From an uncultured Bacteroidales bacterium (lineage in GTDB: Bacteria; Bacteroidota; Bacteroidia; Bacteroidales; UBA10428): a stretch of 64,000 nucleotides of DNA. Location of the stretch: positions 709,582 to 773,581 of the forward strand of contig CAWEGX010000005.1 in NCBI GenBank assembly GCA_963808745.1. The letters are read 5' to 3'. The notes beneath the pieces were generated by a model, which worked only from the letters and a program-made list of their open reading frames with translations, was not told where the DNA came from and searched no databases. The position numbers and the translations under genes were made by a program. Within the stretch, counting starts at the first letter, position 1, and every line of letters starts with the position of its first letter. Shown here one piece after another: positions 20,684-30,117 of this stretch.

Positions 20684-20719
20684 CCTCCGGGGATTTCGAA
20701 AATTCCGGAGGTTTTTTTT
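20684..20719 (+). terminator. rho-independent terminator
   Basis: CCTCCGG (20684-20690) / CCGGAGG (20705-20711), followed by T8. Confidence 0.8.
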
Positions 20720-20871
20720 AATATACTGATAGCGTTCTTTCTTACCGACATGATCCCTAAAGGGACTCATGGGGATAGTTGTTGCTCTCAATCTCTTTCT
20801 ACCGACAGTCAATCCCTTTACGGATCTTCTTTCCTTGTCCTTTGTCCACTCGTCCCATTGTCTATTCCCGT

Positions 20872-22002
20872 CTAGTCCCTAATCAGCCTGCTCACAATAT
20901 AATCTGATACCATCCAGCCGGCAGCTGTTAACCGGATGTTATCATCCTCTTGCCTTATCCATTCTGTGGATCCTATTAACCGGATGCTTTTTTCAAGTGA
21001 ATCTGCAGCCTGCCGTCCAAACTCATGAACAATATGACTCATACTGATCCCCCGGTCTGTTCTAAGTGACAGCATCAGGTATTCATTAAACTTTGTCTTT
21101 GCATCCAGTATCTCAGATTCTGAATAGAGAGATCCGGTTGAAATGGCTTCAATATATCTTCTGATGTGGCTCACATTCCATTGTCGTGAAACCAGGTTGA
21201 AGGAATGCGCCGAAGGTCCGAGACCAAGATATTTCTTCTGCTTCCAGTAATTGCTGTTATGCTGAGACAAATATCCATTCTTTGCCAGATTCGAGATTTC
21301 ATAATGTACAAAGCCATGTTCACCCGACAGTTTGTTAAGCAATAAAAACTGCTCCGAGCTGTCCCCTTCCCCGGGTAAATGAATAAGTCCCCTCGATGTC
21401 ATTCGTGCCATGGCAGTGTTGGGCTCAATTGTAAGATGATAAGCAGATAAATGCTGCACATCCAGTAAAAAAGCAATTTCAAGGTTCGCCCTCCAGGCGG
21501 ACAGATCCATATCCGGTAATCCGTAAATCAGGTCGATAGTTATATTTCTAAATCCGGCATTCTTTGCATTTTCAACGCTTTGAAGGGCCTGTTTGGCGTT
21601 GTGCCTCCTGTTGAGCAGCTTTAAATCATGATCGCTGAATGACTGTATTCCCACGCTTAGCCGGTTAACCGGGGTTGATCTGCGCAGGACCTGCAGATAA
21701 GCGCTGCTGAGATCATCAGGGTTGGCTTCGATCGTAATTTCACAGCCAGGTGCCAGTATGAAATTTTCGTTAATCTTCTCAAACAGCTTTTGAAGTCCGG
21801 CAACCGGAATTAAGGAAGGCGTTCCTCCGCCAAAATAAATTGTTTCAAGACTTTCCCCTTCAAGATAGGCTGCCCTTTCTGTCATTTCACTATCCAGGGC
21901 AGAAAGGTATTCCGGCATGAGCGAGGTAGCTGTTGTCTTGTAAAAATCGCAGTAGCTGCAAATTTTTCGGCAAAAGGGAACATGTATATATAATCCGGCC
22001 AT
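20872..22002 (-). CDS. hemW: radical SAM heme chaperone HemW (HemN-like)
   Basis: Start chosen at MAGLYIHVPFCRKICSYCDFY (CxxxCxxC radical SAM motif). About 376 aa with a HemN_C-like tail. Confidence 0.9.
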   Translation of the reverse strand: MAGLYIHVPFCRKICSYCDFYKTTATSLMPEYLSALDSEMTERAAYLEGESLETIYFGGGTPSLIPVAGLQKLFEKINENFILAPGCEITIEANPDDLSSAYLQVLRRSTPVNRLSVGIQSFSDHDLKLLNRRHNAKQALQSVENAKNAGFRNITIDLIYGLPDMDLSAWRANLEIAFLLDVQHLSAYHLTIEPNTAMARMTSRGLIHLPGEGDSSEQFLLLNKLSGEHGFVHYEISNLAKNGYLSQHNSNYWKQKKYLGLGPSAHSFNLVSRQWNVSHIRRYIEAISTGSLYSESEILDAKTKFNEYLMLSLRTDRGISMSHIVHEFGRQAADSLEKSIRLIGSTEWIRQEDDNIRLTAAGWMVSDYIVSRLIRD

Positions 22003-22120
22003 ATCAACAGCGAAATCAGGATACAAATTTACGAAATGCAAAACTCATCATTCAAAAAACAATAACTTTAGCACTAAAATAGCAGCATTATACCAAAAAG
22101 TTTTCACCTGCAGGATAACC

Positions 22121-25100
22121 ATGAAGGAATCACAACATGATCTGGAGATTAGTGAGCTGAATGAGAAGTTAACTTTGGCTAATGAAGAATTAAAAATCAA
22201 CAATGAGGAGCTGGAAATTTATAAAGCCCAGCTCGAAGAGTTGGTTACCATCCGAACACAGGAGCTTAAGCGGAGCGAAGTAAAATATTCAAATGTATTT
22301 CATCACAGTCCGAGTTTTATTATTGTGAGCAATGCGGCCCGGGGAATGATCCTTGAAATCAATGAGTCGTTTACAAAAAAAATCGGATATACTGCTGAAG
22401 AACTTACGGGTAAACTGCTCACCGACTTTAATATTATTGATAAAAGCCAGTATAAGAAAATTAATAACCTTATCCTCCGCCAGGGCTTTTACTCCAATCA
22501 GGAAATTACATTAAATACAAGGGATAAGAAAAAGCTGCGTTGCCTGGCCTCAGGTGAAAAGGTTACTATCGGCCCCCATCAGATTATTATTGAAACCATC
22601 AGTGACATCACTGAACTTAAAAATATTGAAGAAAGACTTTCGCTTACTGAAATCCGTTTTAGTAATTTTATTGAACAGAGTACAGAAGGGGTGGCTTATT
22701 TCAGACCGCAAAAGCCAATAGACCTCGCACTCCCCGCCCCTTCCCAGACAAAGAAAATTCTGAACGAGTGCCTGCTTGCTGAATGCAATAATGCATTCAG
22801 GAATATGTATGGATATGAATCAGGGCATCCCCTGACCGATATGACCATGCTTGAAATATCGGGTGAAATACTGGAAGATGACTGGATTGCCCTGCTGACA
22901 GAATTTGTGCAGAATCAATACAAATTAACAAACTACCAGACAAATGAAATATGCCACGATGGAACACAGGTTTATTTCATTCATAACCTCATTGGCATCA
23001 TCCAATCGCGAAAACTGGTGGGTTTATGGAGCTCACGGCGCAATATAACGGATTTGAAAAAGGCCGAGGAATCACTGAAATATAAAAATTCCCTTGAGAA
23101 TCTTATCGCCGATATATCTACCCGATTTATTAATCTGTCTCCTGAATTGCTGGATCAAAACATTGATAATGCGCTGCATGAAATATGCTCATTTATAAAT
23201 GCCGATTCAGGATTTCTTGTTGATATCCAATTTTCAGTAGGCTATTATCGCCTGACACATTCCTGGACGGACGACAACATCCGTTATGATCAAAAATATT
23301 TTGAATGGGCGCCTATTCATGAGCTTTCTGAGTGGGTTGAAAAACTAAATCTGTTAGAATACCTCCTGGTAAATTCTCCATCCGATATACCGGATAAAAC
23401 ATATCTGAAGCAATCATTTACCAATTCGGGAGTGGCCTCTATGATATTAATACCCATAAGATTTCAAGGTAAAGTTTTGGGAGTCATGGGCTTGAGTACA
23501 ATTAAACCGGAAAGAAGATGGAGTGCTGATGAAGTTTCACTCATGAAGGTTGTGGGTGAAACATTTGTAAATACGATTAGTCGAAAGCGATCTGAAAAGA
23601 TCCTGATCGAAAATGAAAAAAAATACAGGGAAATCTTTAACGCTACCAATGAGGCTATCCTACTTCATGACGCAATTAACGGCAGGATAATCGATGCCAA
23701 TCAGGCAGCACTTGACCTGTTTGGTGTTACACCTGATGAAATAATAAATACCGTACCACAGCAAAGTGTTGTTCTCGACTTTGGATTCAGTCATCCCACC
23801 TTCCTTGAATCCATCCGGCAAGCCATCGAAAATAAGCAGATGGTATATGAAATGCTGGCCCGCCGCAAAAACGGAGAAAATTTCTGGGCCGAGGTTTCAT
23901 TAAAAAGTTCCGAAATTGGCGGCGATCTGCGAATAATTGCCGTGGTGCGTGATTTTTCCGAACGCAAAAAAAATGAGGAAGTGATCAGGCAAAGCGAAGA
24001 ACGGTTCCGTTCCATCATACAATATCTTACCGATGTTATCTGGATCCTTGACAAGGACCTGAAGATTATATATGAATCTCCCTCCAGCTGGCAGGTACTG
24101 GGTTATGAACCCTGTTATCTGATCGGAAAATCAGGCCTTGAGTTAATCCATCCCGATGACATAAAAATTGTGATGAAGGACCTGAAAGAGGTTTTCAAAA
24201 AGCAAAATGACTATTTGCCCACTGAGTTCAGGGCAAAACACCTGGATGGTCATTGGGTATCATTGGAGGCTATCGCCAATAATATGCTCGACCATCCGGC
24301 CATTCAGGGGATAATCATTACCTGCAGGGACATCACAGAACGCAAGCAGGTTGAAAAGGCGATGAGATTGAGTGAATCCAAATTCAGAAATATTTTTAAT
24401 AACAGCAGTGATGCCATTATTATCATCAGGAACAATTATTCAATACTTGAGGTAAATGAAGTTTTCCTTCGGATATCAGGATTCACCGCCGAAGAAACCT
24501 TGTCGATGAAACTTACCGATATCATCAGCGACGCTTATCTTCCCCAGATTGTTGACAAACTCACCCGCTATTTCCAAAATGAAAGTGTGGTTGCCATTGA
24601 ATGTGAAATCAGGCTTAAATCAAAATTGAATCTGCCGGTTGAGATCAACAGCAAGCTGATTGAATATGAAGGCGAAATGGTTCTTGTTTCCATACTGAGA
24701 GACATTACGGAGCGCCGGCAACTTGAAAACCGCATACTTGACACGATTATCTCAACAGAAGAAAAGGAACGCGAAAAATTTGCACGAAATCTTCATGATG
24801 AACTGGGCCCCCTCCTTTCAAGCATAAAAATGTATGTTAACTCACTGGCCTCAGCAACCGATCAGCAAAAACATTCCTTTGTTATTTCCCAACTCAAGCA
24901 AATTCTCACAGAGGCCATTCAAAGCACAAAAGAACTTTCAAATGATCTGAGCCCCCATGTACTTGCCAGTTATGGACTGGTTGCTGCACTCGAATGGTTT
25001 ATCAATCAGATCAAACCCCATATTTCCGTGAATTTTGAAACCACCCTGAAGGAGGAAAGATTCTCCAGTTCACTTGAATTATCCATCTACAGGATAATTA

Positions 25101-25366
25101 AAGAACTCATTAACAATACAATAAAACATGCCCGGGCGGATTCGATTTCAATTAACCTCCATATTTATCTTCATTCCATTCGTTTGTCTTATTCAGACAA
25201 CGGAGTTGGATTTCCGGACAACTGGCAGGATAATTTTGATTCTATGGGAATGGGCATGTCAAATATTATGAGCAGATGCCGTTCAATAAATGCAGTCAGC
25301 AAGTTTTATAATCATGCTCCCCGGGGGATGTCTTTTGAGATGGAAGTTCAGTTGGATATGAATTAA
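22121..25366 (+). CDS. cytoplasmic multi-PAS/GAF sensor histidine kinase (HisKA_3 / NarX-type core)
   Basis: Intact 1081-aa ORF with no TM segment. N-terminal coiled coil, repeated PAS/PAC-like modules, H-box FARNLHDELGPLLSSI, and ATPase motifs NNTIKHA, DNGVGF, GMGMSNI. Confidence 0.9.
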   Translation: MKESQHDLEISELNEKLTLANEELKINNEELEIYKAQLEELVTIRTQELKRSEVKYSNVFHHSPSFIIVSNAARGMILEINESFTKKIGYTAEELTGKLLTDFNIIDKSQYKKINNLILRQGFYSNQEITLNTRDKKKLRCLASGEKVTIGPHQIIIETISDITELKNIEERLSLTEIRFSNFIEQSTEGVAYFRPQKPIDLALPAPSQTKKILNECLLAECNNAFRNMYGYESGHPLTDMTMLEISGEILEDDWIALLTEFVQNQYKLTNYQTNEICHDGTQVYFIHNLIGIIQSRKLVGLWSSRRNITDLKKAEESLKYKNSLENLIADISTRFINLSPELLDQNIDNALHEICSFINADSGFLVDIQFSVGYYRLTHSWTDDNIRYDQKYFEWAPIHELSEWVEKLNLLEYLLVNSPSDIPDKTYLKQSFTNSGVASMILIPIRFQGKVLGVMGLSTIKPERRWSADEVSLMKVVGETFVNTISRKRSEKILIENEKKYREIFNATNEAILLHDAINGRIIDANQAALDLFGVTPDEIINTVPQQSVVLDFGFSHPTFLESIRQAIENKQMVYEMLARRKNGENFWAEVSLKSSEIGGDLRIIAVVRDFSERKKNEEVIRQSEERFRSIIQYLTDVIWILDKDLKIIYESPSSWQVLGYEPCYLIGKSGLELIHPDDIKIVMKDLKEVFKKQNDYLPTEFRAKHLDGHWVSLEAIANNMLDHPAIQGIIITCRDITERKQVEKAMRLSESKFRNIFNNSSDAIIIIRNNYSILEVNEVFLRISGFTAEETLSMKLTDIISDAYLPQIVDKLTRYFQNESVVAIECEIRLKSKLNLPVEINSKLIEYEGEMVLVSILRDITERRQLENRILDTIISTEEKEREKFARNLHDELGPLLSSIKMYVNSLASATDQQKHSFVISQLKQILTEAIQSTKELSNDLSPHVLASYGLVAALEWFINQIKPHISVNFETTLKEERFSSSLELSIYRIIKELINNTIKHARADSISINLHIYLHSIRLSYSDNGVGFPDNWQDNFDSMGMGMSNIMSRCRSINAVSKFYNHAPRGMSFEMEVQLDMN

Positions 25367-25400
25367 TCAGGGATTATAGGGATATGATTATATTTATGGT

Positions 25401-26024
25401 ATGAAAAAATCTCGCATTATTATCGTCGATGACCATAAACTTTTCAGAAGCGGGTTAAAATACATCCTTGAAGAATCCGGCCTTTACCAGGTAATGGCAG
25501 AAGCCTCAAACGGTGCGGAATTTCTTGATTTACTCAAGGATATATCTCCTGATCTTGTAATTCTTGATATCAATATGCCTGTGATGAATGGTATAGAGGC
25601 GGCAAAAAAGGCAATTGCCATATTTCCGGACCTTCCCATTCTTATCTTATCCATGCACAGCGAATCGGAATATTATACCACCTTGCTTGAAACCGGGGTC
25701 AAGGGGTTTGTGCTCAAAGATGCCGACAATGACGAATTTTTTACCGCCATTCAAAAAGTACTGCGCGGTGGCACCTATTTCTCGCAGGAACTGCTGCTGA
25801 ATATCATAAGGAAAGAATCGCAGACCAACACTGTCAAACTTACCCGACGGGAAAGAGAGGTGCTGGAGCTTTTGAGCAAAGGACATTCAAACCAGGAAAT
25901 ATCAGTGTTTTTAAACATAAGTCAGAGAACAGTAGAACGTCATCGCACCATTTTACTCGAAAAAACAGGTTCCCGTAACTCTGTGAGCCTCATTGTATAT
26001 GCTATCAAGAATAAACTTATCTGA
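25401..26024 (+). CDS. NarL/FixJ-family response regulator (REC + LuxR HTH)
   Basis: IIIVDDH...LDINMPVMNG...; C-terminal LTRREREVLELLSKGHSNQEISVFLNISQRTVERHR. Confidence 0.92.
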   Translation: MKKSRIIIVDDHKLFRSGLKYILEESGLYQVMAEASNGAEFLDLLKDISPDLVILDINMPVMNGIEAAKKAIAIFPDLPILILSMHSESEYYTTLLETGVKGFVLKDADNDEFFTAIQKVLRGGTYFSQELLLNIIRKESQTNTVKLTRREREVLELLSKGHSNQEISVFLNISQRTVERHRTILLEKTGSRNSVSLIVYAIKNKLI

Positions 26025-26040
26025 AAAAATCATCTTTTGT

Positions 26041-26074
26041 CGGTAAATACTCAAAAACAGATAGGTATTTACCG
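26041..26074 (+). terminator. hairpin immediately downstream of the response-regulator gene
   Basis: Perfect 10-bp stem CGGTAAATAC/GTATTTACCG with a 14-nt loop. No T-run. Confidence 0.4.
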
Positions 26075-26144
26075 GCGGCCAATTTGGGAGTAATTGCGTA
26101 TCATTTTAAGTAATTAATACCTTACCTGAGGTTACTTCTTGCCC

Positions 26145-26330
26145 TATCTTTGTTTTGGATAAAGAAACAAAATTAATTGCACTGAGGCTGAAAGAAACGA
26201 TTCTCACAAAATTAAAATATACTTTGCTTTGAAGCAAGACATTGCCTGCAAAAATATTTAAGATAGGGTTTGGTTGGATTTAGGTAGGAAAGCGGGGAGT
26301 TGGTTTTACTAGCTTCCCGCTGGATTTTTT
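26145..26330 (+). ncRNA. candidate small non-coding transcript (promoter-like TATCTTTG to an intrinsic terminator)
   Basis: TAnnTTTG match at 26145-26152. A hairpin AGCGGGGAGT/GCTTCCCGCT (26291-26321) followed by GGATTTTTT lies about 140 nt downstream. There is no ATG anywhere in between. This is purely structural inference. Confidence 0.2.
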
Positions 26331-26462
26331 AAGGGGGTAGATAGAGAGACGAAATCAAAAATTAAAGTAAATTAGTCAATATATTTTCTGTTCAATTCAA
26401 ATTTAAACTGGTACCTATTTTAATCAGGCGAATGTGAAAATTGTTGAAAAAGTTGTTTCTCT

Positions 26463-26843
26463 ATGAAGAAGCTGAAGATTTTAATTGTTGATGACAACCC
26501 CCATTTTGTAAATGCCCTCCGGTTTATGCTGATGGATTACTTTGAAGATCGCATTGAATCTATATCCACCGCATCTGATGGGCAGGATTGTATGATGCAG
26601 TTGAGAAGCCGTGTTTGTGATTTTGTTTTTATGGATATTAATATGCCTAATATAAATGGCATTGAAGCCACGCGGCAGGCAACCATTTTATACCGGAATC
26701 TTATTGTAATTGCCGTTTCCTTTCATTCTGAAATGAAATATGTGGTGCAGATGATTGAGGCAGGAGCCCGGAGTTATATCATCAAGGATGAGATCAGCCA
26801 TGAATCTCTCGAAAAGGCACTGGCCATCGAATATACCTTTTAA
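26463..26843 (+). CDS. stand-alone receiver (CheY-like) protein
   Basis: 126 aa: ILIVDDN...FVFMDINMPNINGIE...AVSFH...YIIKD. No output domain. Confidence 0.9.
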   Translation: MKKLKILIVDDNPHFVNALRFMLMDYFEDRIESISTASDGQDCMMQLRSRVCDFVFMDINMPNINGIEATRQATILYRNLIVIAVSFHSEMKYVVQMIEAGARSYIIKDEISHESLEKALAIEYTF

Positions 26844-26932
26844 ATCATTTAATCAGTAGTAAATTTTAGTATGCGGGCCCTGGTCAAAGGCTTTAATTTT
26901 GTTTATACATATCTGATTTAGTTTCTTAAAAT

Positions 26933-27340
26933 ATGCCTATTTTTAAATCAAATTGTATTGACATGGTGCCCGGAATTAAACAAACAACACATACTCCAGC
27001 AGTTAAAATACTTCCTGATGAACGCAGGATAGTCATTTCAGGACAGTCACGACTGGAGGATCCCTCTTTTTTTTATGAAGAACTAACTGTATTACTTGAT
27101 GATAATCTGAATGATTTCAAAACACATGCCTCTGTCGATTTTATTTTGCAGTATCTGAATTCAAGTTCTTCGAAATGGCTCTTTCACATTTTGAAGGGAC
27201 TTCAGGCCAAATTTCAGGGGAAAAAAATAATTACCATAAACTGGTATTACGATAGTGACGACGAAAGCATACTGGAAGCGGGCGAGGTATTCCAATCCCT
27301 TCTAAATCTTCCGTTTAACCTGGTTGAAACTGATCATTAA
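26933..27340 (+). CDS. DUF1987 / SiaC-like regulatory protein
   Basis: 135 aa. TPAVKILPDERRIVISGQSRLEDPSFFYEEL...ILQYLNSSSSKWLFHIL...INWYYDSDDESILEAGEVF fits my recollection of the DUF1987 consensus (G.S.PE..., YFNTSS, WYY..DDEDMLE.GE). Confidence 0.7.
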   Translation: MPIFKSNCIDMVPGIKQTTHTPAVKILPDERRIVISGQSRLEDPSFFYEELTVLLDDNLNDFKTHASVDFILQYLNSSSSKWLFHILKGLQAKFQGKKIITINWYYDSDDESILEAGEVFQSLLNLPFNLVETDH

Positions 27341-27355
27341 TAATCTTTTACGCAT

Positions 27356-28042
27356 ATGTTAAAGCTACATTTTATTGCCATTCCGGCCTTATTGTTATCC
27401 CTTGTGACGGCTGCCCAAACGGTCAACGAACGCAAACTGGAGCCTTTTACCAAAATAATTGCCGGGGATAAGATCATTGTGCAGCTTCTAAAATCCGACC
27501 ATGAATCTGCCCAGGTCAAGGTTCAGGGCATTGATGCATCCGCGGTGAAAACAGAAGTCTCCGGAGGTACCTTGACCCTGTCAATTTATGGCGAACCGTT
27601 TACAAAGAAAAAAGTAATGGTTACAGTTAATTACAAGGTTATTAATTCCATCACGGTTAATAACGGATCTGAAGTAAGTACCGGTAACCTTTTTAAAGCC
27701 GATACCCTGAGAGCAGATCTTAAAAGTGGCGGGGTTTTATATCTTGACGCAGACATTGGTTGCCTGATCGCCAAAATCGCAGAAGGCGGATTACTAAGTG
27801 CAGAGGGCTATGCCACTTCACAGGAAGTAACTGTTACTTCCCTGGCCACCCTTTCAGCATTTGATCTTGAAAGTGATAAAATTAAAATAAAAGCGATTAC
27901 CGGGGGAAAAGCAAAAATCAATGTAGCGGAGGAACTGGAGGCCGAAGCCAGTTCAAATGGCTATATTACCTATAAGGGCAATCCTGCAAAATTAAAACAG
28001 ACAGCGAACTCAGGCGGCAGTATCGTTGTTAATAAACCATAA
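27356..28042 (+). CDS. secreted beta-rich protein, DUF2807 (GIN-domain putative adhesin head)-like
   Basis: Signal peptide followed by a repetitive V.G.G.L-type beta pattern. The assignment is by eye only. Confidence 0.5.
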   Translation: MLKLHFIAIPALLLSLVTAAQTVNERKLEPFTKIIAGDKIIVQLLKSDHESAQVKVQGIDASAVKTEVSGGTLTLSIYGEPFTKKKVMVTVNYKVINSITVNNGSEVSTGNLFKADTLRADLKSGGVLYLDADIGCLIAKIAEGGLLSAEGYATSQEVTVTSLATLSAFDLESDKIKIKAITGGKAKINVAEELEAEASSNGYITYKGNPAKLKQTANSGGSIVVNKP

Positions 28043-28076
28043 GCAGGAATAATTCCTGGTGTTGAGGTTTAACCGT

Positions 28077-29027
28077 ATGCCAACTGACAATAATATTCCG
28101 GTAGTCGATTTACAGGATGTAAGCAAGCAATTCAAGGAAGTAGTTGCCGTTGATCACATTTCCCTTCGGATTGAAAAAGGCACCTACCTGGCCCTGCTGG
28201 GACCTAATGGTGCAGGAAAAACCACGCTGGTGGAAATGATCGAGGGTTTGCAGAATCCCGATTCAGGAGAAATTTCCCTGTTCGGAAAAAAATGGAAGGG
28301 AAATGAGGACTTTCTTCACCATCAGCTCGGCATATCTCTCCAGGAAACGCGGTTTATCGACAAGCTGAGCGTACAGGAAACCCTTAAATTGTTTGCCAGT
28401 TTTTATGGCCTCGCTACCGACCGGGTGAAAGAGGTAACCGCCTTGACCGGACTGGAAGAAAAAGCGAAAACCTATACTGTGAACTTATCCGGAGGCCAGC
28501 GTCAACGGCTTGCCCTGGCTATTGCCCTGCTGAATATGCCACCGCTTTTAATGCTCGACGAGCCAACTACCGGATTGGACCCCACTTCAAGAAGGGAATT
28601 CTGGCACATTCTGATGAGCCTCAAAAAGAATCTGAAGACCACACTCATTCTTACCACCCATTATATGGAAGAAGCCGCCTTCCTGTGTGATGAGATTGTA
28701 ATTATGGACCATGGTAAATTCCTTGCAAAAGGTACACTCGAACAATTGTTGTGTGAACATGATAAGGGAGAAATCATTGAGTTTTCATTGCAGGAAAGAC
28801 CACAAGCACTTAACCTGGCCCTGAATCCGGCTCAGCGTGAATTTGCGTGGGACAATGAATCCCGCAAGGGTTGGGTGCTTGTTAATGACATTATATCCAG
28901 CATCCCTGGTTTTATGCAATTTATTGATAATAACAATTTTCATCTTACCTCATTCGAATGTCGCAAGATGACCCTGGAGGATTTATTTTTATCACTCACC
29001 GGTAGAAAAATCAATGATGAAGACTAG
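28077..29027 (+). CDS. ABC transporter ATP-binding protein
   Basis: Walker A GPNGAGKTT, signature LSGGQRQR and Walker B LLMLDEPT. Confidence 0.92.
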   Translation: MPTDNNIPVVDLQDVSKQFKEVVAVDHISLRIEKGTYLALLGPNGAGKTTLVEMIEGLQNPDSGEISLFGKKWKGNEDFLHHQLGISLQETRFIDKLSVQETLKLFASFYGLATDRVKEVTALTGLEEKAKTYTVNLSGGQRQRLALAIALLNMPPLLMLDEPTTGLDPTSRREFWHILMSLKKNLKTTLILTTHYMEEAAFLCDEIVIMDHGKFLAKGTLEQLLCEHDKGEIIEFSLQERPQALNLALNPAQREFAWDNESRKGWVLVNDIISSIPGFMQFIDNNNFHLTSFECRKMTLEDLFLSLTGRKINDED

Positions 29028-30117
29028 CCTGTATTCATTATGGCAGTTAATCTCCATTAATTATAAGGAATTCCTCCGCGAACCTGGTATTCTCTTCTGG
29101 TCACTTGCATTTCCGGTGCTGATGGCATGGGTATTGGGCATTGCTTTTACCAAACGCGCAGAATCGGTACAGATAATTGCATTTGTGAGTTCCCCGGCAA
29201 TTGAAACCAAACTGGACCGGTTTCTTGGTGAAACGGAAAAATCAACCACTTCAAATCAAACGGTATTTCAGAAAACTTTTGATAACAAGCTGGGAAAACT
29301 TACTTTCAGATTGTTTCCCGTCACAATCGACAGCGCCATCCTGATGCTGAAAAGGGGTGAAACCTCACTGATCCTTCAGGAACAAGGAGATAGTATTGTA
29401 TATCTTTTGGATCCCCAAAATGCCGAAGCCAAGTTGAATTATCTTATATTGTCCGCTGCCATTAACCATGATCCACTGATTTACAATACGGAATCAGTTA
29501 AAATATTGAGCCAGAGCGGTACCAGGTATGTCGATTTTCTGATACCCGGATTGCTTGCCCTGGGGATCATGAATGGATTTCTTTGGGGAATTGGGTATAC
29601 CCTCATCGAAATTCGTACCAAAAAGTTATTGCGCCGGATGGTGGCAGCTCCTATGAAGAAATCACTGTTTTTATTTTCACATTTTTTTTCACGTCTTACC
29701 CTTTCCGTCTTTGAAGCTGTGGTACTTTTTTGTTTTGCCTGGTTTTATTTCCGCATTCAGATTCAGGGTAGTATTTCAGCTTTCATACTGATCTTCCTGG
29801 CCGGTAGTTTTTGCTTTGCCGGTATTGCCCTTCTCATGGGTTCCCGCACTTCCAGTTCAAGGGTGGGCAATTCCCTGATCAATCTGATCACCTTGCCAAT
29901 GATGATATTGTCGGGTATATTTTTCAGTTATCATAATTTCCCCGAAGTGGTCATCCCCGTTATCCAGAAACTTCCCCTCACACTGCTTACAGACAGCTTA
30001 CGCGGTATAATGACCGAGGGGACCGGGATACAGGAAAATTTGTCAGCCGCGTTTATTCTTTCGGGAGTGGGTACAATTTGCTTTTTCCTGGGACTTCGGA
30101 TTTATAAGTGGTATTGA
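29014..30117 (+). CDS. ABC-2 type transporter permease
   Basis: 367 aa. N-terminal TM, a large extracytoplasmic loop and five C-terminal TMs. Overlaps the ATPase gene by 14 nt. Confidence 0.85.
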   Translation: MMKTSLYSLWQLISINYKEFLREPGILFWSLAFPVLMAWVLGIAFTKRAESVQIIAFVSSPAIETKLDRFLGETEKSTTSNQTVFQKTFDNKLGKLTFRLFPVTIDSAILMLKRGETSLILQEQGDSIVYLLDPQNAEAKLNYLILSAAINHDPLIYNTESVKILSQSGTRYVDFLIPGLLALGIMNGFLWGIGYTLIEIRTKKLLRRMVAAPMKKSLFLFSHFFSRLTLSVFEAVVLFCFAWFYFRIQIQGSISAFILIFLAGSFCFAGIALLMGSRTSSSRVGNSLINLITLPMMILSGIFFSYHNFPEVVIPVIQKLPLTLLTDSLRGIMTEGTGIQENLSAAFILSGVGTICFFLGLRIYKWY

